Part shown: positions 10,188-18,655 of the stretch, piece after piece
Layout of the letters: every line of letters starts with the position of its first letter
Numbering within the stretch: position 1 is the first letter of the stretch
IMG/VR virus record: IMGVR_UViG_3300021255_004321
Location: 1-64,000 of that record
Direction: 5' to 3' (one strand)
Source of the DNA: a virus
Taxonomy: Duplodnaviria > Caudoviricetes
Length of the DNA stretch: 64,000 nucleotides
The notes under the pieces: model-generated
Seen by the model: only the letters and a program-made list of their open reading frames with translations
What the model was told of the DNA's origin: nothing
Database searches by the model: none
Made by a program: the position numbers and the translations under genes

Positions 10188-10868
10188 TTACTCTCCCATT
10201 ACTTTTTCGTATTCGTCATAATCATCTGAATCCAACCAAGACTCAAATCCGTCATCAGGAGCTTTGCCGTTTTCATCTCTCTGTTCGATTTTGATAAAAG
10301 CACCGCCCATTCCGAGAGTTTGCTCAACAACTTCAAGTCCCATCCCTGGAGCTGCAGTATCAAGGAACTGCTGAAGCTTGTTTACGAAATCAATAAAGTT
10401 TATTTGTGCACTCTTGAATTTACCTTCTTTCAACAACTTTTTGCTTTCTGATATTCTTTCCATTGTTTTAAGATTTTCAAAAAGAAAGCCTTGTCCTGCA
10501 GAAAGGTCCTCAAGTCTTTTAAGTTCTGCATCATCAATGTAAACTCTGTCTTCCATTTCAGATACATCTGAAGCCATTTCAAACAAACCTTTGATAGCTT
10601 GTTTCAAATCACCGCCCATATTCATCTCGCCAATCTCATCTTCGTATTGTTGAGAAACATAAAAGCAAACTTTACCTGCTGCATCAGGATCTTCATAACC
10701 TGTAGCAGTAATACCTACATTGAAGCCCGCGCCACAATAAACAGTTATAGCAACTTCTTCGTGAACAGGGTCATCTGAAGTTTTTGCTTTTGCTCTATAT
10801 GCTGCTCTTAAAAGGTCGGCAACTTTTGCGTATGTAAGTGTTTGCTCACCTTCAGTTAATTTACTCAT
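10188..10868 (-). CDS. Acidic hypothetical protein (putative head-internal)
   Basis: MSKLTEG, ISES, LKEG sites; ACTAAAT motif at 10885. Confidence 0.7.
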   Translation of the reverse strand: MSKLTEGEQTLTYAKVADLLRAAYRAKAKTSDDPVHEEVAITVYCGAGFNVGITATGYEDPDAAGKVCFYVSQQYEDEIGEMNMGGDLKQAIKGLFEMASDVSEMEDRVYIDDAELKRLEDLSAGQGFLFENLKTMERISESKKLLKEGKFKSAQINFIDFVNKLQQFLDTAAPGMGLEVVEQTLGMGGAFIKIEQRDENGKAPDDGFESWLDSDDYDEYEKVMGE

Positions 10869-10886
10869 TTGTCATTCCTCTAATAT

Positions 10887-11702
10887 TTAGTTCAACATTT
10901 CAAGGAATGCCTCAGGCGAGATAATTGCTGTTCCAAACTTCTTTGCTTTTTCTGACTTTGAAGAAGTTGAATTTGGGTCGGCCTGAACAAGATATGTAAG
11001 TGTTTTATTTACTGAGGAAACTGTTCCGCCGTTATCAACAACCATTTTCTCAAGGTCAGCTCGTTTGTAGGCCATTGCGCCTGTGAAGCAGAAACTCATT
11101 CCTGCAAGAACGCCGCCTGCAACCTTTTCTTCTTCACCGATATTGCAAAGTTTTGATACTTCAATCAGGTCCTTTTTGATTTCTGACAAAGCCCGCAAAA
11201 CTTTGATGCCTGACTCCAAAGTCCAACCTTTGATAGTTGATATGTCACGAGGATTTGCTTTTTCAAAGAAACTTTCGATTGTGTTGTAACCTGCGTCAAC
11301 CAAAGACTGCAGACGCTTTTCACCGAAGTCCTCGATGTCAAAAGCAGAGATAAAGTTGGCAAGTGTTCTTTTCTTTGACATTGCTGCCTTAAGATTTTTA
11401 CGGATTTTTTCAGCATTCTTGCCTGCGATTTCATCAAGAATAGGATTGTCAATTTCACGAAGGAACTGTGCAAGAGATTTGATATTTGCTTCTTTTACGA
11501 AGTCTTCAACAACTCGTGGACCGATTTCAAGGACATTCCACTTATTTGACATTTTTATGATTGCGTGTTCAATTTTCTTTGCGCAGGAATCATTTGGACA
11601 AAAAACTTCTCCACTGTCATTGATTTCAAGTTCTGTGCCACAACAAGGGCAGACAGTAGGCATTCCCCAATTATATTTTTTAGCAAGTTCCCAAGCTTTC
11701 AT
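10887..11702 (-). CDS. ligA: C-terminal part of NAD-dependent DNA ligase (Zn finger, HhH, BRCT); no adenylation or OB domain
   Basis: PTVCPCCG...FCPNDSC Zn finger; EIGP and IEDFGEK HhH; LAGMSFCFTGAM...SSKSEKAKKFG BRCT. Confidence 0.85.
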   Translation of the reverse strand: MKAWELAKKYNWGMPTVCPCCGTELEINDSGEVFCPNDSCAKKIEHAIIKMSNKWNVLEIGPRVVEDFVKEANIKSLAQFLREIDNPILDEIAGKNAEKIRKNLKAAMSKKRTLANFISAFDIEDFGEKRLQSLVDAGYNTIESFFEKANPRDISTIKGWTLESGIKVLRALSEIKKDLIEVSKLCNIGEEEKVAGGVLAGMSFCFTGAMAYKRADLEKMVVDNGGTVSSVNKTLTYLVQADPNSTSSKSEKAKKFGTAIISPEAFLEMLN

Positions 11703-11713
11703 ATTTTAACTCC

Positions 11714-11752
11714 TTACAAAAATAATATAAAGAAGTATAATCAAAAGTTTAA
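11714..11752 (-). promoter_or_regulatory. Class-1 (putative early) promoter
   Basis: 39-bp conserved motif upstream of ligase fragment. Confidence 0.75.
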
Positions 11753-12222
11753 TTTTTCTTAGAATATTTTGGCTCAATATAAAAAATAGAATCTTTTACT
11801 GTTTCCATCGGGAACTCAGTAAAGATCTTGTGACGCAAACCTGTATTACCGCCCTTTACTTTGTTTCTGTTATCTTCAACTTCTTCAACTTCTTTTTTAT
11901 CAAAAAATGTTGGAAAGCGGTCAATAATGATTTCGATTGTCTTTTCATCAAGTTCAGCTTTTTCTTTGCCATCATCGCCAAAAACTGCCTTTCTTAAGTC
12001 TTCTTCTGAGTCGTGCTCCCAATCAACTCCACTATAAGGCATTGAAAGACGAACAAGCTTTAACATATTCTCAGGTGTAAATTGACTGAATGATGATGCT
12101 AATTCTTCTTCTGTTTTATTTTTCAAAGCGGCGGCTGATCTTTCAAATATCGACCGCGCGTCAAATCTCCTCAACAACTTCGTACCAATCCTTTCTTTTT
12201 GATATTTCAGCGTCTTTGTCAA
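11749..12222 (-). CDS. Hypothetical protein resembling a short segment of gp23-type major capsid protein (start uncertain)
   Basis: FTPENMLKLVRLSMP...KIFTEFPMETVKDSIFYIEPKYS; paralog of 12325..12975. Confidence 0.55.
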   Translation of the reverse strand: MTKTLKYQKERIGTKLLRRFDARSIFERSAAALKNKTEEELASSFSQFTPENMLKLVRLSMPYSGVDWEHDSEEDLRKAVFGDDGKEKAELDEKTIEIIIDRFPTFFDKKEVEEVEDNRNKVKGGNTGLRHKIFTEFPMETVKDSIFYIEPKYSKKN

Positions 12223-12325
12223 ATCCTGTCAAAGCCAACATTTGTTTATGAGCTGAGTCTTCTGTTGGCCAACTTTCATAATAAGTTCTTTCGCCTGATT
12301 TCGTTACGTGATAAATATTAAACAT
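12161..12325 (-). CDS. 54-aa hypothetical protein (not in ORF track)
   Basis: TAATG overlap with upstream stop; MFNIYHVTKSGERTYYESWPTEDSAHKQMLALTGFDKDAEISKRKDWYEVVEEI. Confidence 0.65.
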   Translation of the reverse strand: MFNIYHVTKSGERTYYESWPTEDSAHKQMLALTGFDKDAEISKRKDWYEVVEEI

Positions 12326-12975
12326 TACTTCTTACCTCTCTTCTTTGGTTTAGTGGGTTTTATATTTTGAATGTATAAATGATCTGATGGTGCAGCCATA
12401 GGTTTTTCTTTGAACAATTTACTTATTCTTTTATCAGAATCGTGGTCAGCAAGCTCCAAGTCCTGTTCATCAAAGAATGTTGGGTACCTATCCAAAATCT
12501 TTTCAATTGTTTCTTCAGTAAGCTCAGCTTTATTACCGTCTCCAAAAACAATTTCCCTTAATTCTTCATAAGTATAATTATCAAGGTTGATGTCTTTTAA
12601 TGAACCGCCTAATACTGCTGTTGGGAATATCGGCCGAACCTGAAGTTGTGATATAGGGTCAGCTAAAGTAATTGCATTCCCTTTATTGCCAATAAAGCCT
12701 GTTGTTACGACAGGAGCAAGAGTACCATACGCAATTGGAGCGTTTGGGTCGGCATTTGGGTCTTTATAAACAGCCATACTATCTTTAGGCATCCCACAAA
12801 CTTTTTCAAGTTTCCTTGTTGCTTTTACAAGTTTATCTGCTTCTTTCTTGAGCTTTTTATTTTCTTTCTCTTTTTCTTTTGTAACATTGCTGCACCAATT
12901 ATTGAACATATTCCATATTGAATGAGCTTCATCATCTTTCATCTCTAAAGAGATACTTCCTTTAGGTCCTAGCAT
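12325..12975 (-). CDS. Hypothetical protein, paralog of 11749..12222
   Basis: Shared LR..VFGD..KAEL.E.TIE.I.DR.PTFFD block. Confidence 0.7.
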   Translation of the reverse strand: MLGPKGSISLEMKDDEAHSIWNMFNNWCSNVTKEKEKENKKLKKEADKLVKATRKLEKVCGMPKDSMAVYKDPNADPNAPIAYGTLAPVVTTGFIGNKGNAITLADPISQLQVRPIFPTAVLGGSLKDINLDNYTYEELREIVFGDGNKAELTEETIEKILDRYPTFFDEQDLELADHDSDKRISKLFKEKPMAAPSDHLYIQNIKPTKPKKRGKK

Positions 12976-12989
12976 ATAATGATATTAAC

Positions 12990-13013
12990 AAAAAAGGCAG
13001 GCCGAAGCCTGCC
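12990..13013 (-). terminator. Intrinsic terminator closing flaB-flaA unit
   Basis: GGCAGGC-TTCG-GCCTGCC plus U6. Confidence 0.85.
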
Positions 13014-13036
13014 AGTAGAGTCCGAGACCCTAGATT

Positions 13037-13849
13037 TTATTTTGCATCTCCTGAAGAATCCATTTTTTCTTTTTCTCTTTCAATCAGCGCAGCCTTAAGT
13101 TTGATTGCCTCTTTTTCTCTTTCTTCAACCTTTGTCTTATCGCCTGACTTCAAATTGAAAGTTTCATCTGTTGACTTAATAATCTCAAGTTCCTGTTCAG
13201 TGTATGCAAGGTCATAAATAACCTTTACATTGCTTATGTAAACAACTGAAACATCATAGCCTGTAATAGGAATTGTTCTTATGCGAATTGCTCTAATATA
13301 AAGTTCATTTGTTGCCTTTCCGCCATAAGCTGGGTAATTCAAAACGTCTCTTTTATTAGGGTCATCAACATATTCAAGATTATCCCATTCAAGAACAACT
13401 TCTCCTATAGTCTGCAAATCACCTTTGAATTTATATTCTTTGCCTACTGGGTCATTTGGGTCAGTTGCTAAAAATATTGATACTTCATCGTTTCTGTTTA
13501 TACCATTAACTGTAATACCAAGTTTCTTTAATGTGCCAACATTTGTCAAGTAGCCAAACTCTTTATCAGCTTCAGTTATAATAGGATTGTATGGCGGCAC
13601 AATGTCATAATACACATAACGATTTTCAGGAATGTTCTGAACACAAACAGCAAGTTTGCCATCAACAATCTTAATCTGATAAGGAACTCCCTTAAGAGAT
13701 GACATTGGGCGAACTTCCCAATTTTCGTAGGAATAACCATCAACTGCGTTTTCGATAAAAGTACTTGCATTAAGGAAAGTCTTTTCCTCAGCAAATGTTG
13801 TAAAACAAATTGCGAATAGCATTGCAAATATCGCAAACAACTTCTTCAT
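13037..13849 (-). CDS. flaA: Spirochete-type flagellar filament sheath protein FlaA
   Basis: Sec signal peptide; GYLTNVGTLKKLGITVNG, LEWDNLEYVDDPNKRD...YPAY, YISNVKVIYDLA match the Treponema FlaA pattern; adjacent to flaB. Confidence 0.8.
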   Translation of the reverse strand: MKKLFAIFAMLFAICFTTFAEEKTFLNASTFIENAVDGYSYENWEVRPMSSLKGVPYQIKIVDGKLAVCVQNIPENRYVYYDIVPPYNPIITEADKEFGYLTNVGTLKKLGITVNGINRNDEVSIFLATDPNDPVGKEYKFKGDLQTIGEVVLEWDNLEYVDDPNKRDVLNYPAYGGKATNELYIRAIRIRTIPITGYDVSVVYISNVKVIYDLAYTEQELEIIKSTDETFNLKSGDKTKVEEREKEAIKLKAALIEREKEKMDSSGDAK

Positions 13850-13951
13850 TTATAATCTCCTCAAATTAAAGTATGGGGAACCGAAGTTCCCCTAGTTAAG
13901 CTCTTTTTTAAATACTAGGCAACTACCCACCCAATTGAGCCTCAGTTGCCT

Positions 13952-14809
13952 CTACTGTAAAAGCTGCAATACATTTTGTGACTGACTGTTTGCCTGTGCA
14001 AGCATTGCAGTTGAAGCCTGCTGAAGGATTGAGTTCTTTGTGAAGTCAACCATTTCTTTTGCCATATCAGCATCGCGAATAATGCTTTCTGATGAAGTCA
14101 TATTCTCTGCTGCAACATTGATACCTTTTGACGCCATCTCCATTCTGTTCTGAACAGCACCAAGGTCAGCTCTCTGTCTGTTTACATTCTTCAATGCTTC
14201 ATCGATTGTTGCAAGTGTACGGTTTGCTTCTTCAGTATCAGAAACTGATACGAGAGCGCCGTCTTCACCATCCTGTCCCTTTCCACGAAGTCCCAAAGAT
14301 TCAGCAGTTGCAGATGCAATGTTAATCTTGATGTTCTGGTCAACATTTGCGCCAACTTGGAAAGTAATTGTATTGTCGGCTTCTTTTGCGAAACGACCTG
14401 TCAACATATTGTAGCCATTGAATTGAGCAGTAGATGCGATACGGTCAACTTCAGCAACGAGCTGTGAAACTTCTACCTGAATCTGCATTCTGTCCTCATC
14501 GCTGTAAACACCGTTTGAAGCCTGAACAGCAAGTTCACGGATACGCTGCAAGATGTCAGTTGTTTCCTGCAAATAACCTTCAGTTGTCTGAATGAATGAT
14601 ATGCCGTTCTGAACATTTTTTGAAGCCTGATTGAGACCACGAATCTGACTTCTCATTTTTTCACTTACGGCAAGATTTGCGGCGTCGTCTCCGGCGCGGT
14701 TGATTTTCTGACCACTTGAAAGTTTTTCCATTGACTTCTGCAAGTCAATTGAATTCAAGTTTTCCTGACGAGCTGCAAAGATTGAGCTCATATTGTGATT
14801 TATAATCAT
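13952..14809 (-). CDS. flaB: Spirochete-type flagellin (filament core FlaB)
   Basis: [71 protein letters not shown]; 285 aa, lacks D2/D3 as in Treponema FlaB. Confidence 0.97.
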   Translation of the reverse strand: MIINHNMSSIFAARQENLNSIDLQKSMEKLSSGQKINRAGDDAANLAVSEKMRSQIRGLNQASKNVQNGISFIQTTEGYLQETTDILQRIRELAVQASNGVYSDEDRMQIQVEVSQLVAEVDRIASTAQFNGYNMLTGRFAKEADNTITFQVGANVDQNIKINIASATAESLGLRGKGQDGEDGALVSVSDTEEANRTLATIDEALKNVNRQRADLGAVQNRMEMASKGINVAAENMTSSESIIRDADMAKEMVDFTKNSILQQASTAMLAQANSQSQNVLQLLQ

Positions 14810-14833
14810 AGATGTTGCCCCTCCTAAGGCAAA

Positions 14834-14855
14834 AAGGTAGCATCCTTGCTACCTT
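14834..14855 (-). promoter_or_regulatory. CsrA-type binding hairpin in flaB 5' leader
   Basis: AAGGTAGCA-AGGA-TGCTACCTT, perfect 9-bp stem with AGGA loop; second AGGAG in the SD. Confidence 0.75.
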
Positions 14856-14859
14856 ATTA

Positions 14860-14888
14860 TTATCGACATTTTATATAAAAATATTAAC
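14860..14888 (-). promoter_or_regulatory. sigma28-like promoter (TTAA-N16-GTCGATAA) overlapping a class-2 TGTTAATAT motif
   Basis: 1 mismatch to GCCGATAA; positioned just 5' of the hairpin. Confidence 0.6.
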
Positions 14889-14889
14889 A

Positions 14890-15276
14890 CTAATCTGTTG
14901 GGAAGAGAGCAGAAGCGAAAGAATCATCGCCCGAACCATAATAAGGTTTCTTTTCGACTTTACTTTCAACATATTTGAAAATGTCGTAAGCATCTTGGTC
15001 AATTGCCCAAAGACTATCAAGAACTTCATCAGCGTATTTATCAAAGAACTCACAACAGCCGCTTGATGAAGGTTGTCCACCTATTCCACCGCAAGAATAA
15101 TCAAACCATTCCTGCTCAAGTTCATCTTCGTCTTTGTCGCAAACTTTTGTAAGAACCTGTATCATTGCATTTGCGAAGTCACATATTTCGCCTTCATCAT
15201 TTGTATCAAGTACAAGTCTGTTCATCATTCCTGTTTCGCCGACTGACTTCCATTCTGTTCTATAATCGACTGTCAT
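14890..15276 (-). CDS. Acidic hypothetical protein
   Basis: Abuts upstream gene; GAGG SD. Confidence 0.65.
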   Translation of the reverse strand: MTVDYRTEWKSVGETGMMNRLVLDTNDEGEICDFANAMIQVLTKVCDKDEDELEQEWFDYSCGGIGGQPSSSGCCEFFDKYADEVLDSLWAIDQDAYDIFKYVESKVEKKPYYGSGDDSFASALFPTD

Positions 15277-15516
15277 TTACTCAAATACCTCAATAAGCTT
15301 GTGAGCAAGTTTACGAACGATGTCAGAAGGAAGATCTGAATTGTCGAAAACATCAACCATCAACTGAACGAGAGAATCATCATCTGCGCCCATTCTTCTG
15401 TTTCTTTCGTAAAGTTCGTTTACACCAGTAATCATCTTTTCGAAAGCTTCATAATCCCCGTTGCCTTCTTTGATTTTATTTGTTGTGCAAATTGCTTCAA
15501 ATAATTTTTTGTCCAT
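15277..15516 (-). CDS. Small hypothetical protein (KKLFEAI..IKEG family)
   Basis: AGGAG SD; N-terminal motif shared with 17946 and 40944. Confidence 0.65.
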   Translation of the reverse strand: MDKKLFEAICTTNKIKEGNGDYEAFEKMITGVNELYERNRRMGADDDSLVQLMVDVFDNSDLPSDIVRKLAHKLIEVFE

Positions 15517-15525
15517 TGTTATCTC

Positions 15526-15948
15526 CTACAGTATAGCGTTAAGCCAATAAGGCAAAGTTATATTCCATTTTAATTTTAAAATCAATGTTACAATATGAAG
15601 CAAGAAAAAGCCGCCAAGTATTGCAACTGCAATCAAAAGCCACTTAATAAGCAACTTATTTTTTGTTGTCAACTTAATAATTTCAGTTGTCTTTTTAGAG
15701 TCTTCTTCAATAGCATCAGTCCATTTATTTGTTATATCGTCGACTTTAACACGAAGTTCATCAATTGTAACATCTTTGCTGCTGTTTGTTGCACGAAGTT
15801 CTTCAATATAAATTTGCTGTTCTTTGTAGTTGTCTCTTAACTCCTGAACGATTACAGCAGTTGAGCGAGGTGCTTCAGGTGTCTGAGCAAACACAGGTGC
15901 TGTACCTAAACTAAAAAGAATTGCAAGTATCAAAAACAATTTTCTCAT
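15526..15948 (-). CDS. Envelope protein: signal peptide, coiled coil, C-terminal TM (spanin candidate)
   Basis: VFA|Q cleavage site, heptad region, WLLIAVAILGGFFLLHIV. Confidence 0.6.
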   Translation of the reverse strand: MRKLFLILAILFSLGTAPVFAQTPEAPRSTAVIVQELRDNYKEQQIYIEELRATNSSKDVTIDELRVKVDDITNKWTDAIEEDSKKTTEIIKLTTKNKLLIKWLLIAVAILGGFFLLHIVTLILKLKWNITLPYWLNAIL

Positions 15949-16319
15949 TATTCACCTTCCTCTTTATAAAGACCTTGCTTTTTCAATAAATCAATAACAT
16001 CTTCGAGCTTAACATAATCTTCTGTTGCAGCAATCGCATCTTTTTTACCTGCATCGTAACCTTCATTAAATGCTTGCTGTTTTTCGTATGCAATTGATTT
16101 CTCAAGTTCATCAAGTAAGTCAAATCCATAAGTTGTAGCACTATCAAGTTTCTCAAGGATTTCTACTTCTCTTACATTATCTTTTTTAAGCGAGTTAAGT
16201 TGTTCCAAAGTAACTGCTGTTTGAACTTTACCGTCTACCAAAGCGTTGTCAGCAACTTTATTTGAAACACATCCTAAAAATAAAAAACAACTTAATAACA
16301 GTACTGCAAATTTTTTCAT
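15948..16319 (-). CDS. Lipoprotein (o-spanin candidate)
   Basis: MKK, hydrophobic core, lipobox FLGC. Confidence 0.65.
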   Translation of the reverse strand: MKKFAVLLLSCFLFLGCVSNKVADNALVDGKVQTAVTLEQLNSLKKDNVREVEILEKLDSATTYGFDLLDELEKSIAYEKQQAFNEGYDAGKKDAIAATEDYVKLEDVIDLLKKQGLYKEEGE

Positions 16320-16330
16320 TGTATTACTCC

Positions 16331-17131
16331 TTATTCAAATGCAGCTGCAAGTCCTTCACCATAATTATCAAAACCACAATGAGGACAAACATCTTCATCG
16401 CCTCTTACAGGCTGTTCACAGTGTGGGCAGACATTTCCTGAGTTTCCTGACATCTTTGCTTTTTCTTCATCATAGTATTTGAGATACTTTTCATAGTCTG
16501 CTCTGCCGATTTGATAGCCATCATCTTTTGCATAAGCAACAAAGTCAAGGAAACTGTCGATACGAACATCTCTTTCAGCATCGTGTCTTGCCATAATTCT
16601 ACAGTAATCATCATTCTCTGCTGCAACTTTTGAAGCGCCATAAGTAAAGCCTTCATTCATAACAGTAGACTCTGTCTCTGTGCTTTCCTTAAGATTTTCT
16701 TTTACAGTAATGTCCATTTCCCAACGAAGCTTGTCACCAACTTCAGTTTTTGTTTTGAAGTAATGAATGTTATTTATAACAAGACCATCTTTGCAACTTT
16801 CAAATCCTGCCTTATCTTTTACAAGATAACCTCTGTAAGTATCAATCATTACAGGATAAGCATACCCTTTGCTTACTGCTCTTGTGTAAAAGTTATCTGC
16901 CCAAGTAATGTTGCCTGCCTGAACAAAAGCTGACTCAGGACATTCATCAAGCATCTCCTGTGTAACAACAGAAGGAAGAACTTCTTTATCCAAAATTTCA
17001 AAACTACCAAAAATTGGCTTTACACATCTTTTAAGTTCAGTAGTTGTTGGGTATACACATTCAAGAACTTTACCTTCATCAGTTTTAACTGTAAATTTAT
17101 ACCAAGCTCTATATGATTCTACAATTCTCAT
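16331..17131 (-). CDS. Hypothetical protein with C-terminal double CPHC zinc ribbon
   Basis: MRIVES, LKES, MNEG sites; CPHC..CPHC. Confidence 0.7.
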   Translation of the reverse strand: MRIVESYRAWYKFTVKTDEGKVLECVYPTTTELKRCVKPIFGSFEILDKEVLPSVVTQEMLDECPESAFVQAGNITWADNFYTRAVSKGYAYPVMIDTYRGYLVKDKAGFESCKDGLVINNIHYFKTKTEVGDKLRWEMDITVKENLKESTETESTVMNEGFTYGASKVAAENDDYCRIMARHDAERDVRIDSFLDFVAYAKDDGYQIGRADYEKYLKYYDEEKAKMSGNSGNVCPHCEQPVRGDEDVCPHCGFDNYGEGLAAAFE

Positions 17132-17145
17132 TCTTTATCTCCTTA

Positions 17146-17925
17146 TTAACAACAAGTTGCGGCGCCTTTTGTAAAGTAATGTGCTACAGGCTTGATAATG
17201 TCCAAAAGCTTTTCTCTTGGGATATTTTCATCATTACCTGAAACAGCAACATATTTTTTATTTACAAAATCGAACTTACCGTAAGTGTTGTCAATAATAT
17301 ATGTCTTAATTTTTGATAAGTCAATTGTCTTATCTCTGACTTCATTGTAAGAGTCGGGCTCAACAAATGAATCATCTGCAATAAAGCCAACAATTGAAAT
17401 GTAATGTCCTTCTTTTTTCTTAAATGGGTCAACTGACGAAATTACAGGAAGGCCTTTTTTGCAAATCTGCCAAACAAGTTCATATTCATCAAACTCATTA
17501 TAAAAACGAGTTACAGGTCTTCTTTCCATTTTAGCAAGCTGTTCTGCAGTATATCCCATAAATAAATTAACTGCGTATGACATCACATCGTGTACTTCGT
17601 TTGGAGGATAAGAATTGATACAAGCAACTTCCCAATATTTTTTACCTTGAGCTTTTGCGTTTGCTTTGGCTTCCCTCATCCAATTATTATACATTCCGTT
17701 GTAATGTGTTTCATAATACTTAAGAACATCCTTGTTTGTGCGGGTGAAATAAGTAATCTTATCGTCAAGCTGATTGAATTGCGGTGCGATACCCATATCA
17801 GGTTCCCATCCTGCATATCCTAAACATTGTGCAAAATTTGTTGGACCACAAACATTTATTTTATCAATGTCATTGTTTCTTTGAGTAAAATTGTCGTGTC
17901 CTGCAGATACATTGTACTCTTTCAT
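17146..17925 (-). CDS. Peptidase C39-like cysteine peptidase (candidate endolysin)
   Basis: TQRNN..NVCGPT (Cys), GHYISIVG (His), IIDNTYG (Asp). Confidence 0.7.
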   Translation of the reverse strand: MKEYNVSAGHDNFTQRNNDIDKINVCGPTNFAQCLGYAGWEPDMGIAPQFNQLDDKITYFTRTNKDVLKYYETHYNGMYNNWMREAKANAKAQGKKYWEVACINSYPPNEVHDVMSYAVNLFMGYTAEQLAKMERRPVTRFYNEFDEYELVWQICKKGLPVISSVDPFKKKEGHYISIVGFIADDSFVEPDSYNEVRDKTIDLSKIKTYIIDNTYGKFDFVNKKYVAVSGNDENIPREKLLDIIKPVAHYFTKGAATCC

Positions 17926-17945
17926 TACTTATCACCTCTTAAATA

Positions 17946-18584
17946 TTAAAAGAAATTTGTATTATCGTAATACTTTGCAAACTTTGGCGAAAGGCTTACG
18001 ATGTCTTTCCAATTTTCCCTTACCCAATCTTTGTAAGGTCCCCAAGTCGTATTTGCAGCTTTATAAATTGCGCCGATTGAATTGCCGCAATCGTTTGCTT
18101 TATTCATTTCATCAAACTTATTTACAAGAAGCTTTTCCATACTTGGGCCGCTGCCATAATAATCATTGTCCCACTTATCACCGAATCTTTCAGAACAAGC
18201 TTCTGCCAATTTTGATGCTCTTGGGTTTGATGAATAACCCATCTTACCTACATCAAATACGGCACAATACTGACCGATGAACTCGAGTGCAAGTTCAATA
18301 TCAGAATAGCTTGATATTCTTCTGCCTGCTTCTCTAAGAACATTGTCAAATAATTCTTTTTGGCTTTCAGAGATTTCTTTTGTTGATACTTTTGCATTCT
18401 TTGAAATCTTGCCGTCTTTTTTCATTTGATTGATACGTTGTGTAGGCTCAGTTTTTGACTCAAAAGTATCAGCATTCTTTTCTTTATCGGTAAAGCCGTT
18501 TCCTTTAAGCCATTTACCGCCAACTTTTGCTTTATATGATTTGTCAGCTTCAGACAATATGCTTTCGAAAAGTTCTTCTTTCAT
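17946..18584 (-). CDS. Two-module hypothetical protein (ELFESILSEA / ELFDNVLREA)
   Basis: ACTAATT 4 nt before ATG; repeated module-leading motif. Confidence 0.7.
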   Translation of the reverse strand: MKEELFESILSEADKSYKAKVGGKWLKGNGFTDKEKNADTFESKTEPTQRINQMKKDGKISKNAKVSTKEISESQKELFDNVLREAGRRISSYSDIELALEFIGQYCAVFDVGKMGYSSNPRASKLAEACSERFGDKWDNDYYGSGPSMEKLLVNKFDEMNKANDCGNSIGAIYKAANTTWGPYKDWVRENWKDIVSLSPKFAKYYDNTNFF

Positions 18585-18602
18585 ATAAAATTAGTAAACA
18601 AT

Positions 18603-18626
18603 AAAAAAGGAGGCCGAAGCCTCCTT
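18603..18626 (-). terminator. Intrinsic terminator (identical to 30547..30570)
   Basis: AAGGAGGC-TTCG-GCCTCCTT plus U tract. Confidence 0.85.
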
Positions 18627-18655
18627 AGAAAAAATGTTATTTTATTTTGGCTGGT

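Noticed and set aside
12223-12279. In-frame TGA between an upstream ATG (12279) and ORF 11749..12222, suggesting readthrough or recoding
   Set aside because: The region is better explained by a TAATG-coupled 54-aa ORF (12161..12325) in another frame; TGA and TAG act as normal stops elsewhere.
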